A stretch of 63,905 nt of DNA, the filler included, from Octopus bimaculoides (Eukaryota), in the NCBI RefSeq assembly GCF_001194135.2. It is 9 parts of 8 records of this genome, joined end to end, with 100 filler letters (N's around TTAATTAATTAA, not from the genome) between each part and the next. Parts side by side here need not be neighbours in the genome. Positions count along the whole stretch, not along the records: positions 33,094 to 51,665 come from NC_068983.1; 8 more parts are not named here. One strand, written 5' to 3'. The translations under genes and the position numbers were made by a program. The notes beneath the pieces were generated by a model. It saw only the letters and a list, made by a program, of their open reading frames with translations. It was not told the DNA's origin and ran no database searches. Below, one piece after another: positions 37,292 to 50,629 of this stretch (within the stretch, counting starts at the first letter, position 1; each line of letters begins with the position of its first letter).

Positions 37292-40200
37292 TTGGGGAAA
37301 TTTCGAACCTGGGTTCCCATTTCTAAGGTATTTTTCGATTTTATTATTATTATTATTATTGTTGTTGTTGTTGTAGCGATTTTGGAATAAACATGCTCAT
37401 TCTACCATTTCAGGTTAAAATTCTCTTGTATATTAATGTATATGTGTGTAAGTGCATGCGACTGTCTCTGTGTATGTAGTCATATGCATACACATACACA
37501 TGGAAGACCAGATAGACACGTACATATCTACTTGCATATGCCCATACTCATATGTACATCTATAGACATAACGAAAATGGATTTTTTCTAGTAATACTAA
37601 AAAGTGTTTGGACAAAGTTATTGGTGGGTGTGTGTGCGTGTGTCTGTGAAACACACTAGTAACGATGAATAAATTATATGAATGATTATGAATATAAAAT
37701 TACTGAAAAATATAAATGTAAATTTCATATTTGAACACATAATTACAAGTAGACACACACACACTCACATATGACCAGACACGTACATATGCATGAGCAC
37801 ACACATTCGTATATATAAATATATATTAACTTAATTCTATATAAATTGATAAGATTAATCACACTTTTAGAATTAATAACAGTCTAAAAATATTAATGCA
37901 ATTGGTAGTGACTAATGAACTAACGTATAGCATAAATTTTAATGTCATTCGCTTTCTTATTTTTGTGTTGCGCATTATCTGAGGATATACAAGGAAGCTA
38001 GTGGGTAGTTCTCAAATGCTTCAGTTTTAGCACTGAAACAGACGATGCAGAACAGTAAGATCTTCAGAAAATGCTGTAGTTTTGCTACACTGTATGTACA
38101 GTTAACACTTGTTTAGGATTTTCCATTTGGTCTACGTTTTTGGAAAATACAGGTGTAGCTCAATGTATATCGTAACATCAGAGAAACCGCTCCTAAATGC
38201 AGTTTTTTCTTTACTTGTAAGTAGGAAACAAATGTGTCATACTTATTTAACCTTCTCCCAAACATATATTTAGTCTAATCAACTGAGTCACATCAGAAGT
38301 AGGCCTAACAGAGGTCTTTTAAATAAAAATCAAGAATGAAATTAGAACTAGAAGAAATCCACTAATATATTTCACTGATCAAACAGTTAAATGCTTATAG
38401 CTCTGTCTAAGAACATTATTCATAAATGGAACAACGTATAGCGATGTTTCTTTCTCATAAATCTTATTGTTAGAACTTTTAATTCTGTTGGTAAATTCGG
38501 CAACGTAAAGGACAGAGATAGGGTCATCTTCTAAGCTAGAAGGAATCTTTTCTTTAACAATGACTTTGAATATGTGTATGGGATCATATAACGTGATAGA
38601 CATATGTGATTTTATTGATGTATGTGTTTTTGGCACACAAGAACTTCTTTCCTCCAGTGTGGATTTGCATTATACAGAGACGAAAGTATAGGAAATTTCA
38701 AGTGTACCAATTGCAGCCCATATATATTTCAGAAAAGACATTATCCAGGCACACTTTTCTGGCCTGAAAATCACTATAGATACAACCTAACAATGCTCAA
38801 TTTTTTAGACATGTAATTAGATGTATATAGCAACACATAACAGACTGAGAGGAAACCATATGACAGGTTGATTTATACTAATGTGGAGTCCTGTCAAACA
38901 TAGTCTCTCAAACTTTGTTAACAACTAATTTCAAGAAAGGATGTTTAAAGAGACCTTAGATTGTAGTGACGTACGAAAGTAATCCGCTGTAAAAGAACAT
39001 AGGTTATCTTATTAGGACAAGACTTCTGAAAAGAAGATATAACTTCATGTATGTCATAACGGTTCAAACACATCCCTTGCTTTTCTAACTTCAGAAAAAA
39101 AACCTAAGTGCAATTTTTCTGAACATAAATAAACATATCCCTCTAAAATACAAATACAGAAAACATTTCAATAGATAAATGTTGGTTCTCCACCAAGTTT
39201 AAAATCATAGTTTCAGACAAACATGCAATATCGAGAGAAGGTGGATATTCTAAAAATAGAAATCTGTTCACGAGATCAGACCAAAAGCAACTAATACCAT
39301 AACCCTAACCTTAACCCTAATACGGACAAAAGCAATTAATAAGACCAAGATCACAAGTACTAACATATCTGTAGGGAAGACTAGTTAAATGCAAGATAAA
39401 AACAATCATAGTTTCTCCTTTAGAAACTGGTTGATACGAGAAACCGTTATTTTCCCAGGGTACATAAGGGGTTTTGCACAGCGGTTCTTCTCGGCTGGAA
39501 GATCCTAATAGGATAGGAAACTAACATTAATTGCACCTCGATAGTCATCGAAGTAAACGTAATACAAAAAATAGGCTTATTTTCAAGAGACCTACGTTTA
39601 CTAGTGCTTAAATAAAATCTGAAAGTGAGGGGTCAGGTAATTACCAACAAACAGCTACCGGTCCCCAGTACGCATGTTTCAACCAAATATATTAAAATCC
39701 AACTATAATAAAACCAGCCAGAAACGCTGAATTTATATTGTATCTGTTATGCTCCATACTACTATCTTCATTATTTGGTGTACATGACATTTAGGCAATT
39801 CACAACATTCCAAACATCCCCTGAAAGCTATATTGACACATATAAATTCAAAGAAGCATGAGCTTCATTTGAAAAAAAAAGTATGTATATGTATGCATAT
39901 GGTCAATTTTGTGTGACTACTGAAGGAAGAAAAAATTAAGTATAGCATAACTCGATTCATAGTACAGCACGCAAAATATGAAATATCATTTCCAGGGGAT
40001 GCCGATTTGCTCTGAGGAATCCGTGTCTATTCTGTGAACCAATGCGAAGATCACTAATAGAATTCTGAAGGACTCTCAAGATGTCTACATTTATATGAAT
40101 GTACTTTCACACAATACAGAGGGAATGAGTTTGAGTGTCTTCTTGGATCACCTATGAGGGAGTGTACATGCGCCACGCAGCTCGCGCGATGGCGTTTATA

Positions 40201-41639
40201 TATCCATTCCTATAACAGTGAATTTTAATATTTTTTGCGCTGTATTGCGTTTTCTTTTGTTTTTGTATTTGTTATTTTATAATTGATGTTCTATATAAGT
40301 GAAGATATCCTTTATATTACCACTTTTCTTTTCACGAAATGATAAGACGCCTTGCGGCACTGTTATTTCAATGAGTTATATATATATTTGTCACATGCAG
40401 AGACACACCTACACCGTCAAATGTTCCTGAACCAGTTGTTAAGTATCCCAGCCGTGTGGAATCGATGCTAGATATGTCGAAATAATTGTCATGATTCAGA
40501 AAAATTCTCGTGTCTTCCGCCATTCATTTACCATATACATAACGAACAGTGTGAAATTCAACGTGCTTTACCAGTAAGTTACCAGGTATAAACCACTCAC
40601 TTTATTATTTTGAAATGTTGATTAAGCTAGTGATTAATCCAATAATGTAGCACTAATCAACACGAATGTCGATGAGGGCTACTCCCTTTTTTCTGCATGT
40701 ACTTGATAACACCAAGAAACCAAATGTGTTCCATTTTCAAGAGAAATCTCTAATACCTAATTTTGAGGCCTTGTATCACTTGTGAGATGTCACTTTAACC
40801 GGAAAGAAACAAGATACACTTATAAGAAGAGTTGAGATTAATTCTTGCAAGATGTCACATCTCTAGCGTGAACCCTTCCTAATCAGCCTATGAACTTTTC
40901 AACCTCGTATTAGTCAAGGAATTGAATTTTGATTTCTAATAAATCTCTAAGCTCTTGTATGAACAATTTAGCTTCTCCNNNNNNNNNNNNNNNNNNNNNN
41001 NNNNNNNNNNNNNNNNNNNNNNNNNNNNNNNNNNNNNNNNNNNNNNNNNNNNNNNNNNNNNNNNNNNNNNNNNNNNNNNNNNNNNNNNNNNNNNNNNNNN
41101 NNNNNNNNNNNNNNNNNNNNNNNNNNNNNNNNNNNNNNNNNNNNNNNNNNNNNNNNNNNNNNNNNNNNNNNNNNNNNNNNNNNNNNNNNNNNNNNNNNNN
41201 NNNNNNNNNNNNNNNNNNNNNNNNNNNNNNNNNNNNNNNNNNNNNNNNNNNNNNNNNNNNNNNNNNNNNNNNNNNNNNNNNNNNNNNNNNNNNNNNNNNN
41301 NNNNNNNNNNNNNNNNNNNNNNNNNNNNNNNNNNNNNNNNNNNNNNNNNNNNNNNNNNNNNNNNNNNNNNNNNNNNNNNNNNNNNNNNNNNNNNNNNNNN
41401 NNNNNNNNNNNNNNNNNNNNNNNNNNNNNNNNNNNNNNNNNNNNNNNNNNNNNNNNNNNNNNNNNNNNNNNNNNNNNNNNNNNNNNNNNNNNNNNNNNNN
41501 NNNNNNNNNNNNNNNNNNNNNNNNNNNNNNNNNNNNNNNNNNNNNNNNNNNNNNNNNNNNGAACTGTCCTATAAAATCCCCGAGGATAAATAACTGCAAA
41601 ACACTTCCTAAACCGAAGCAGAACATGTATTGAAGCTAA

Positions 41640-42340
41640 TGAATGAATTTTCCCTAAACCAGCTGTAACTCAAGCAAAAAGGCAACACAAAGCAATCTTG
41701 GACCTGATTAAAACAAACCCTTCCAGCTCCATTTACGGTATTTCATCCGAAAATCACTCTCTCACCGCGATATATTCTGAATTTTTTTTCTCGGTATGCC
41801 AATGCCAAACCAGTCACTGTTCGACAATATCAACCGTCACAAAGCAGCCTGAGGATCAATTTGAAATTTTTTTTCACTAATCGACTCTTCCTTCACGCTC
41901 TGTTCCTCTGAAACAACATGGCATTGACTTGAAGGAAATTTCCACTTGCACATGCTCAAACCACGCTTCTACGAAACTCACGAGCACTAATAGAAATAGG
42001 ACACAAGAGAGAAAAATAAACATTCAACAGTAGAATCAAAAGACTGAATTTTAAAAGAATCATCCAGTTAAGCAACTACCAACAACAACGTCCACATTCA
42101 ACAAAAATATGAATGCTTGAATTGGAAAAATATCAACTGCAGATCAGCATGAAAGCCTACATCGACAACTAAAGAACTGTAATCAACAATCAAAGATATT
42201 CCAAAGGTCTTCTATTCACATACAACAAGCATAGGCCTTCGGTCTAAACCATTGTTCCTAGAATAGATAATGATAACTTCCTCCACCATAGCGCTCAAGA
42301 AAAGGCAGAAGTCCTCCAGAAACAATGCTCTGATAATGAC
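41640..42340 (+). mobile_element. Highly decayed CR1/L2-like LINE fragment
   Basis: Short frames AVTQAKRQH..IKTNP and KAEVLQKQ resemble the EN-RT linker of CR1-type ORF2. Confidence 0.4.
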
Positions 42341-43189
42341 TCAATGGGTTTGAAATATAGCATTTTAGAAAGCAGTATGCGCTCGAACAACCGTATTATT
42401 TTCTTTCAGAGAAACTACTCACGGTATCAAATACTCTCAGGTGCTTTACTGTTGACCACAATCGCGGCTGGAATGCTAACATGAACAATATAATCAATAT
42501 GGCTTGCAGGATGAACTCCTGGATTTTAAGTCCTGAGACTAAGATGTCATCATTCACCTTTTTTGTCTCATTTGTACAGCCTGGGACTACGTGCCATACG
42601 CGATACGACACATTTTAGGCTAAGAGCACAGAAATTCGCTGCAACAAAATTTCTTTTCTCAACTGGTACTGCTCTAATTAACAATACACCAAAAGAAATC
42701 AAGACATGAAAGAAGTAAAAGTTTTTTTCGCTCTCAAATGAAACCTGGAAAAATGTCTTCAAGGGATCTCAATTAAGTCATCAATACCTCCATATCCAGT
42801 CGACTACGACTACCTATTTGATGGGGGCTTGATGCTGAAAAAGTTGCATGAAATATTGTCATACAGATATAGAATAACAAACAAGAAAAGGAAAATGGGA
42901 TTTCTAACAATGCAAATAGGAAATTTCAGTAACCTCTACATATTTGAGGTATCATAAAGAAAATACGATTATGAAATGAAGTTTTCTGTAAATTATAGCG
43001 TTTAGATTGCCGAACGAGCTGATAACCCGCTTTTACTGTCGAGAGGAGTGTGTTTGCAGCAAAACTTCACTCAAACGTTGTTGCTGGTAACTGTAGGCGT
43101 ATTGGGAGACCTGCTGGATAATTAACTGTACGACGATTATTTACATTGTGGACGATTATTTACACTGTAACTGTTGGTGGTGATGTTAC

Positions 43190-43277
43190 ATGTCGGTGAG
43201 GGCGTTTATAGCATTTGTGCTGGTAGTATTCGGTGACTATGTGCTAGCGAGAAACAGTACCAATTATCGTTGGACAG
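43190..43277 (+). CDS. Candidate first coding exon: signal peptide of a secreted or membrane protein
   Basis: MSVRAFIAFVLVVFGDYVLA|RNSTNYRWT has a basic n-region, a hydrophobic core, a V-L-A cleavage site and an NST sequon. It ends at a phase-1 donor CAG|GTGATG. Confidence 0.55.
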
Positions 43278-43321
43278 GTGATGTCGGTCGTGCTGACTCC
43301 AACAACGTTTANNNNNNNNNN

Positions 43322-43352
<31 letters not shown>

Positions 43353-43717
43353 TATGGGTGTGTATGTGTGTGTGTGTGTGTGTGTATTCAGTTATCTCTC
43401 TCATATGAATTTTTGGTGCCTAAAAGCACCCGTGTTTATATCGCTGTCGGGCGATAACCGCCAGCTTCGGGCAACTCTCATGGTCAATAACGCAGTATTC
43501 TGTGTAATAAACCAACGCTCACAGTAAGTAGAGGATAAATATTACCCTTTGGCTTTAACACTGTGTATGTGTACGTATGTCTCCCTATTTCTGTATACGT
43601 ACATCACACATACACCTACATACACACAGACACACACACATATATATATTTATATTAATATATATATATATGTGTGAGTGTGCGTGTGTGTGCGTGTGTG
43701 TGCGTGTGTGTGCGTGT

Positions 43718-43797
<80 letters not shown>

Positions 43798-44777
43798 CAA
43801 TTTCTAAGTTTATAACTTTCAAATAAACCCTGAAACTCAATCAACATTAGGATATGTTTTACGTTCTGAAGTTAAATAATTCCAGCGCCGTTCCCTTTAT
43901 CATTGCTTAAATTCAGTAATTAATATTTTATAAATATTCTAATTTTAACTATTTCTTTGAACACATATTCTAGTGTCATTATACCGTTTTTTCACAAGAA
44001 ATAAAGATGTTTCGGAAATTTTTTTATTGCGTTTTATATTACGCACAAGCCATTTATTCTTTTCAACATACAGTTAAACGTATGAATATGAAGCGAAACT
44101 TATGATTTGTGAAACGGAGTGAAAATATTACACCGTACTGAATTGATAAAATGAGATAATATAGAGATTATAACATTAGACATCAGAATATATCAAATGA
44201 AAATGCTTATTGCACACAGAATATTTCCGTTTTAACAATTACACTTCTTCAATGTCTCTATTTGCATAAGCCTACATTCTAGAATGTATACGCATTTAAC
44301 TACAGAAATATTTTACCTTCACGTACTCATAGGCAATGTTGCTATCAATCTAGCTATTAATCTGTAAAGTTATATGTGTGTGCGTGTCTGTGAATGCACG
44401 CATACGTAAATATATGTATGTGTGTATGTATGTTTGCGTGTAAGTGCGTTTGTCACTTGGTGTACAGAAATGCGAGGGGTATTTGAGGACTGTTATTTGT
44501 CAGTTCATTATATCATTCTCTTGATACCAATTAAGTCGCTTTTTACATCCTCTTGTTCCCACATGGCATGAGATAATGCTAATAAAAATGAAAGAACCGA
44601 GAATCATTTTTCCTATATGTGTAAGACAACGACATTATAAAATATCCACTTCCTATTTGTTGCTAAATCCCTAGTAGTGAAACTGTAAACCTCTTGCGTG
44701 AAGTTTTTACTGTACCCAAGACGAAAAAAAGAAAATATCATTCTAAAATCTGAATTGCTCCTGAAGATCATTTTCAG

Positions 44778-44804
44778 ATGCTACATACTTGTTAAATCCA
44801 GGAG
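44778..44804 (+). CDS. Candidate 27-nt phase 1-1 microexon (D-ATYLLNPG-)
   Basis: CATTTTCAG|ATGCTACATACTTGTTAAATCCAGGAG|GTATGA. It is open in the phase dictated by the 43277 donor, whereas phase 0 contains TAA. Confidence 0.5.
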
Positions 44805-45041
44805 GTATGAAATATGCGACGGCTGGATATAGATGATTGACCATGATTCGAAACTATCTTTTAATTACTACAAAGCGCTACAATGGAAGTCAGCTAATTG
44901 TTTACCAACATGTAATGGCTAACACTTCAATTCGAATGTCGCCACTTTTCAATGCTCCGAACAAAATTCTCCAACCACAATACATAGAGATATACACAAA
45001 AATATATGCACATATGCATTTATATACATATCTACCAGCAC

Positions 45042-45073
<32 letters not shown>

Positions 45074-48000
45074 GCATATATATATACATATATACATATA
45101 TATGCACATATATATATACATATAATATATATATATATATTAAACATTAAGAATGATCTCGTCATCAAATTATTATCATGTAAGATATTATCACGAAGAA
45201 AACCATCCTGATGAGGGACGCATTTTGGTTTTGTATATGGACTACTTAAAACGTCATTTATACACTTTATGTACCTACGAAATGGCTGTAGGTCATGCCC
45301 TTTAACACCGAGTTTGTTTATTTATCTTATGTAATAATGTTTTACAAAATTTATTCACTCGCATCCGGTAACTCACGTAAACATCTAATTCTCAATGGAT
45401 TTGAACATTTCTTTTTGGAAGAGCTTACCTTGGATTTTTATCTTTAATTTTGTCAATTCTCCATTCGGTATGTGAACCCAAAGTGCATGAGGCATAGTTT
45501 TCACATATACATTTTACATGTAATTTTATTCATTTATTTATATAAATTTGTATGTATATCTATTTCGTTGTGCTTTAAATTATACTTCGGAATTTGTATT
45601 GATTGCCTAGATGTGTTCCTTCTAAAATTTCGCTTATCCTTTGATTTAGCTCCCAATGAGCACTTCTTAATACAGCCCGTATAATGTTAAGTATACTTAA
45701 AAAAATTAATTNNNNNNNNNNNNNNNNNNNNNNNNNNNNNNNNNNNNNNNNNNNNNNNNNNNNNNNNNNNNNNNNNNNNNNNNNNNNNNNNNNNNNNNNN
45801 NNNNNNNNNNNNNNNNNNNNNNNNNNNNNNNNNNNNNNNNNNNNNNNNNNNNNNNNNNNNNNNNNNNNNNNNNNNNNNNNNNNNNNNNNNNNNNNNNNNN
45901 NNNNNNNNNNNNNNNNNNNNNNNNNNNNNNNNNNNNNNNNNNNNNNNNNNNNNNNNNNNNNNNNNNNNNNNNNNNNNNNNNNNNNNNNNNNNNNNNNNNN
46001 NNNNNNNNNNNNNNNNNNNNNNNNNNNNNNNNNNNNNNNNNNNNNNNNNNNNNNNNNNNNNNNNNNNNNNNNNNNNNNNNNNNNNNNNNNNNNNNNNNNN
46101 NNNNNNNNNNNNTGTGTGTGTGTTTGTGTGCGTGTATAAATGAGTTGAAACAAATAAGAAGGCTTAGAAAAATGGATAGATTGATAGATAGTTAGATAAA
46201 TAAGTAGTGATAAGAAATGAAAATCTGATCTTCAAATCAGGAATTGTTGCTGTACGTCACGAAGACAAGTGTAATTTTATTGTTACCAGCACCTGAAGGG
46301 GATGGGGGCAGGGGCTAAAATTTGCTAGAAATAGCAGCCAAATATTTTGAAGTGAGATACATTAAATGCACTCGAAAGAAAGCTGATTACTGTATTTTTA
46401 AATTCATTTTCACTTTATGTATATGCTGCCCAGCATAATTTATAATGGATAGGTTATACTTGCGTATCGTTAATGATTGTTATTATCGGAGTGTTCTTCC
46501 ATTATGCACAGTTTGAGGTATTTTTACCCCCAAAACCCGAATATCTCAATAACCACTTGTCTGATTTACGCGAAGTTTGTTTTATTCGGTTTGCATTCAC
46601 ATTTCAGAGGTAGTTTACTTTCGAAATATTTTGCAATTATGCGCATGTCCTGTATTTGGATTCCGTGTTTTTCTGTACACCTGTAAGAATTTTTTCATAT
46701 GACCAACTTCAAATGCTTACCATCTAGTCTTTCTTAAGTCTCTCTTGAATATGTCGACGAATCTTTCCACTAAAACATTGGACGGTATGGTGGAGTTAAT
46801 ACATGCTTCATCTGGACTGACTTTAAAAATTTTTGGAACTCTTTTGCCGTGAATTGTGTGCCATTATGTGACAAAGTCAATAGTCACATTTGCGATTGGC
46901 CTTGAATATTTACACACTTCAGGCCATTTCGAATAGATATCCATCACATCGATTTAAGGTTTTCTTCGATTTTACAATAGGATGAATTTATATTCGGTTC
47001 ATTTATTTTGTTCATTGCATGCTTAGGACCGTTAATTGAAAGGACCATTGAAACAAATCCATTTTTAAAGGTGTATCCTTTAACTAGTTTTGATTATATC
47101 GTTATTTCAGTTCCATTTTAATAAGACTGTCCGACGAACGGGAACGGGAAACTCTGAGTGACAGCTTTTGTTATATTTCTGCTGCTTTTAAATAAAGTAT
47201 ACATATATCTATACATATACATACCTATATATATATATATATATATATATATNNNNNNNNNNNNNNNNNNNNNNNNNNNNNNNNNNNNNNNNNNNNNNNN
47301 NNNNNNNNNNNNNNNNNNNNNNNNNNNTGTGTGTGTGTGTGTGTGTGTGTATGTGTGTGTGTACACACACGTACATATATACACACACACACACCGTGAG
47401 TGTGTGCGCACGCATGTGCGTGTGCTTGGGCATACGTGCGGCTATCTCCGTCTGCCACTGATTCTACATTCACTAGGATAAAACGTTATTTTTGATAGTC
47501 TGAAATTAAATTCATTCCCGCAGAAGATTTGACCACTCTCTTTATGGCATACGGGATCGCTATCAAATGAGAAACTGATTGAATTCTATAAATAAAAAAA
47601 AATCTTGACAACTGGCAAGCTATTTTGAAATAGACAGTCCTATTTGGAGGAGAGAAAAGGTGAGCTGAGGTCTCGTTTGTATCTAAAAGCACTTCATAGG
47701 CAACGCCATCATATTTTTTGCAATAGTTTTCTTCTCTATTCCTTGGTCAAAACTGATTGCACAGAAAGTAAGTACATTGTATTCGGGTCAGTGTTACTGA
47801 AAATTTATTTAGCATTCATTAGCATGCTGATTATCGCTTCTTTAGAGCGAGAAAACTGTGTATACTTTTCAGAGAGGGAACGATCGTTCACCTATAATTA
47901 AAGATTTGTCATTCATGTCCATTTGCTTCTTAATTTACTATTTTTAAGATACGACTTATAATTTCTTTTGCACAGATGAACATCTGATTTGTTCATTTTA

Positions 48001-48399
48001 TATTGATTTGTAATTTCAGTTGCATTAGGAAAACAATGTCGATGGCAAGGCCAATTAATGTATCACTACGTAAACATCAAATTTACAATCCAATAATACA
48101 CCTACTTTCGTCTGGTGAATATTTGAAATCATTGGTTGTGTTTGTATTAGCCATAATATACCGATCTTGGAAATAGTATTACACGCTTGTGAAAGTTTCT
48201 GGAAAGATTTATGATAAAAATGTTTCATTTTCTAATAAATACTTCTGGATTGAAATTTAGGTTAACAAATAAGATTATTTTCACTCTTTAAACAACGTAC
48301 CCACGAAATATTTATGATTGTAAAACACTAAATATTTTGAATTGTGACGTTTCGTATGTAGTGAGCAAAGCAAATACATTTGGGTCGTCTGCAAATATC

Positions 48400-49000
48400 A
48401 CAAGCTTACCAAGATACTCTCGTGGAACGCAGCAAAATCAGATTTATTTATCAACCCACTTCCACAATGTCATCCAGTGATGCAGTACCGGATACCATTG
48501 CAGAAGTAGCTTTCATTCTCTTCGTCAAAACGTCATCAACAAGAGATATGTGTTTCTTATCCTAGCGATACTGTTTCCCAGACAAATGTTTTTTCCAAGT
48601 TTGGGAACAGATGTTAATTAGATAGATCCCAATCTAGAGAATAGGGACGGCATTCACCTAATTCAAAATCGCAGTCACGCACAGCCCTAATTTCAGCCAA
48701 ATAATTGTGTGTAGGAGCATTGTCCTGATGAAACAATACTCCTTTCGTCAGTTTTCCGGGAGGTTTTGTCGCGATAGCTTTTCGTAACTGCCTCAACAAC
48801 TTGACATTGTACTCCACATTGTTGTAGTGGCCCTGTACGCAATGCCTTTGCATCCCAAAACACTGAAGCCACCAATTGCAAGGTAATGAAACGAGCTTGA
48901 CTTTCTTTGCAGCAGGTAAGAAAGAGAGTTTCCTCTGTATGTAACACCTCTTTGCCTCTTGTTCAAAGTTGTGAAGTTAAAAGTCGGTTGGAAAGTGATG
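48400..49000 (-). mobile_element. Mariner transposase remnant
   Basis: Minus strand KLLRQLRKAIATKPPGKLTKGVLFHQDNAPTH...CRPYSLD, then HLFPNL..HL.G..Y-like C-terminal segments. Confidence 0.85.
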
Positions 49001-49311
49001 AAGCCAACACTCGGTTAGGAAACTTTAATGGAAACAGACTAAATGGGCTTCACATGAAGGTATATCTTCCCGTGATGTGGTTAGCCCGGTGCACTTATCA
49101 TCAGGTGTCAGAGTACGTGGTACCCACAAAGACGAAACCTTTGTCACGCTAAGTTCATTGCGCAGAATATTCTCAACCCTCACACGGGTTGAGAATAGCA
49201 TTGGCTATTTTATTTAAAGTCAATAACTTGTCATCTATCAGCTTGCAGCGAATGTGAACAATAACCTTCGAGCAGATAGTCAGCAGCGCCGCCTGCCTAA
49301 GGCTTGGCTGC

Positions 49312-49353
49312 TCTGCATTGACAAGGGGCAACACCCTGAAACTAGTCTGCAGA
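49312..49353 (+). ncRNA. Type I hammerhead with U3:A8 core variant at the apex of a 142-nt hairpin (49261-49402)
   Basis: TCTGCA-TTGACAA-GGGG-caaca-CCCT-GAA-ACTAGT-C-TGCAGA. It has a perfect 6-bp stem I, a 4-bp stem II, palindromic stem III and a GUC site at 49347. Confidence 0.75.
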
Positions 49354-50629
49354 TGCCAAACCAGCAGGGGGACACTGCTGACCTCCCCTGTTCGAAGGTT
49401 ATAAAGGACACATGTTTCGTGTGTCGCATAGCTAGCTAGAGGCGATGGCTTCTTGGAGCTAATTCACGGCAGCTTTCGTCCTAATTTTGGGACTGCCATG
49501 TTGGCTTGGCGATAACTATTAATATATATATATATATATAGATATATATATATATATGTATGTATGTATGTATGCACATTCGCGCATATGTACGAACGTA
49601 TATGCAACTTTGCTACTCTCATCATCTAGCTTGTAAAATTTGTAATTCATTACATTATTATAGTAATATATTTGATATTCTAAGAAAACTTTAAAGCATG
49701 GAAGTACCGAAGGAAGAACATAATATAGAGACAGGAATATATTTATATAACGGTTAATATTTTAACGAACTGTTCATGATTAAAATACAATTAGTTGGAA
49801 TTTAATGAAAAACACTTGTGCAGATAGTGATCTTAAAAGATACACATAGATTTCGAATTAATTCATTCCCCAAAAAGTTTTAGTTTACAATATCAAGCAG
49901 TGTAGTTGCTTGTATATATATTTACTTATTCATGAGTGTTTATGATAAATAATATACTTCACTTATGACCTTACTAACAGTAAATATGTCCATACTGGTT
50001 TCCTGTGCATGACAAATTAATTGATACATAAGTAATTGAAATATGTGGTTTCATTATAAAATGTGATATAATGTTTCTTTCACCGCATCATTCACATAAC
50101 ATGAAGCAATGGAACGAGAACAGAATAAAAATGCTCGTATTTGACCTCCCTTTGAAATGAAGAAAGCTAAATTTATTCAAAAATAATATCTAAGAACAGC
50201 GTACGCGAATAAATGTTCCTTGGTAACTAGGGTGTATCACGTCTTTGCCATTGAGGCTAACCCTTCATTTCTTAAACGGATTTTTTTTCTACAACAAAAA
50301 CATTGACCTTAAAAGTTGGTATAATACTAGGTAACATTTTAAAAATCATGTCTGATCCAAATAAAAACGCTTTTTTTTTCTACTTTATTCTCCATAAATT
50401 ACCTGTGTTTAATATATCGTCGGAATTCGTTTCAATTTATAGGTTCCTAAAAAAGTTATTTCATGCTTAGATTCCCCCCCCCCATTAAGACAGATACACA
50501 TTTTAGAATCCTTATTCGTATACCTCTGTTGTTGTACATCTTGCGGATTCCGTTGCTAAACCTACAGCAAAAATTCAACAAATATATTTCACTCTTTAAT
50601 ATCCATTTATTCTTGTTTCTGTAAACCTC

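Noticed and set aside
38379-38816. ORFs at 38379- and 38622+ as exons
   Set aside because: No consistent acceptor/donor/frame combination or homology was found.
42396-42611. RT motif 'RVFDTV' on the minus strand
   Set aside because: It is too short, opposite in orientation to the adjacent LINE remnant, and may be chance.
45205-45260. CTGATGAGGG...AAAACGTC
   Set aside because: G12 is missing and the stems are absent, so it is at most a relic.
49456-49500. Second hammerhead on the minus strand (GTCC-caaaatta-GGAC-GAAA-GCT..AGCT-C)
   Set aside because: Stems II and III look right, but the core reads CATGGCA instead of CUGANGA and no stem I forms.
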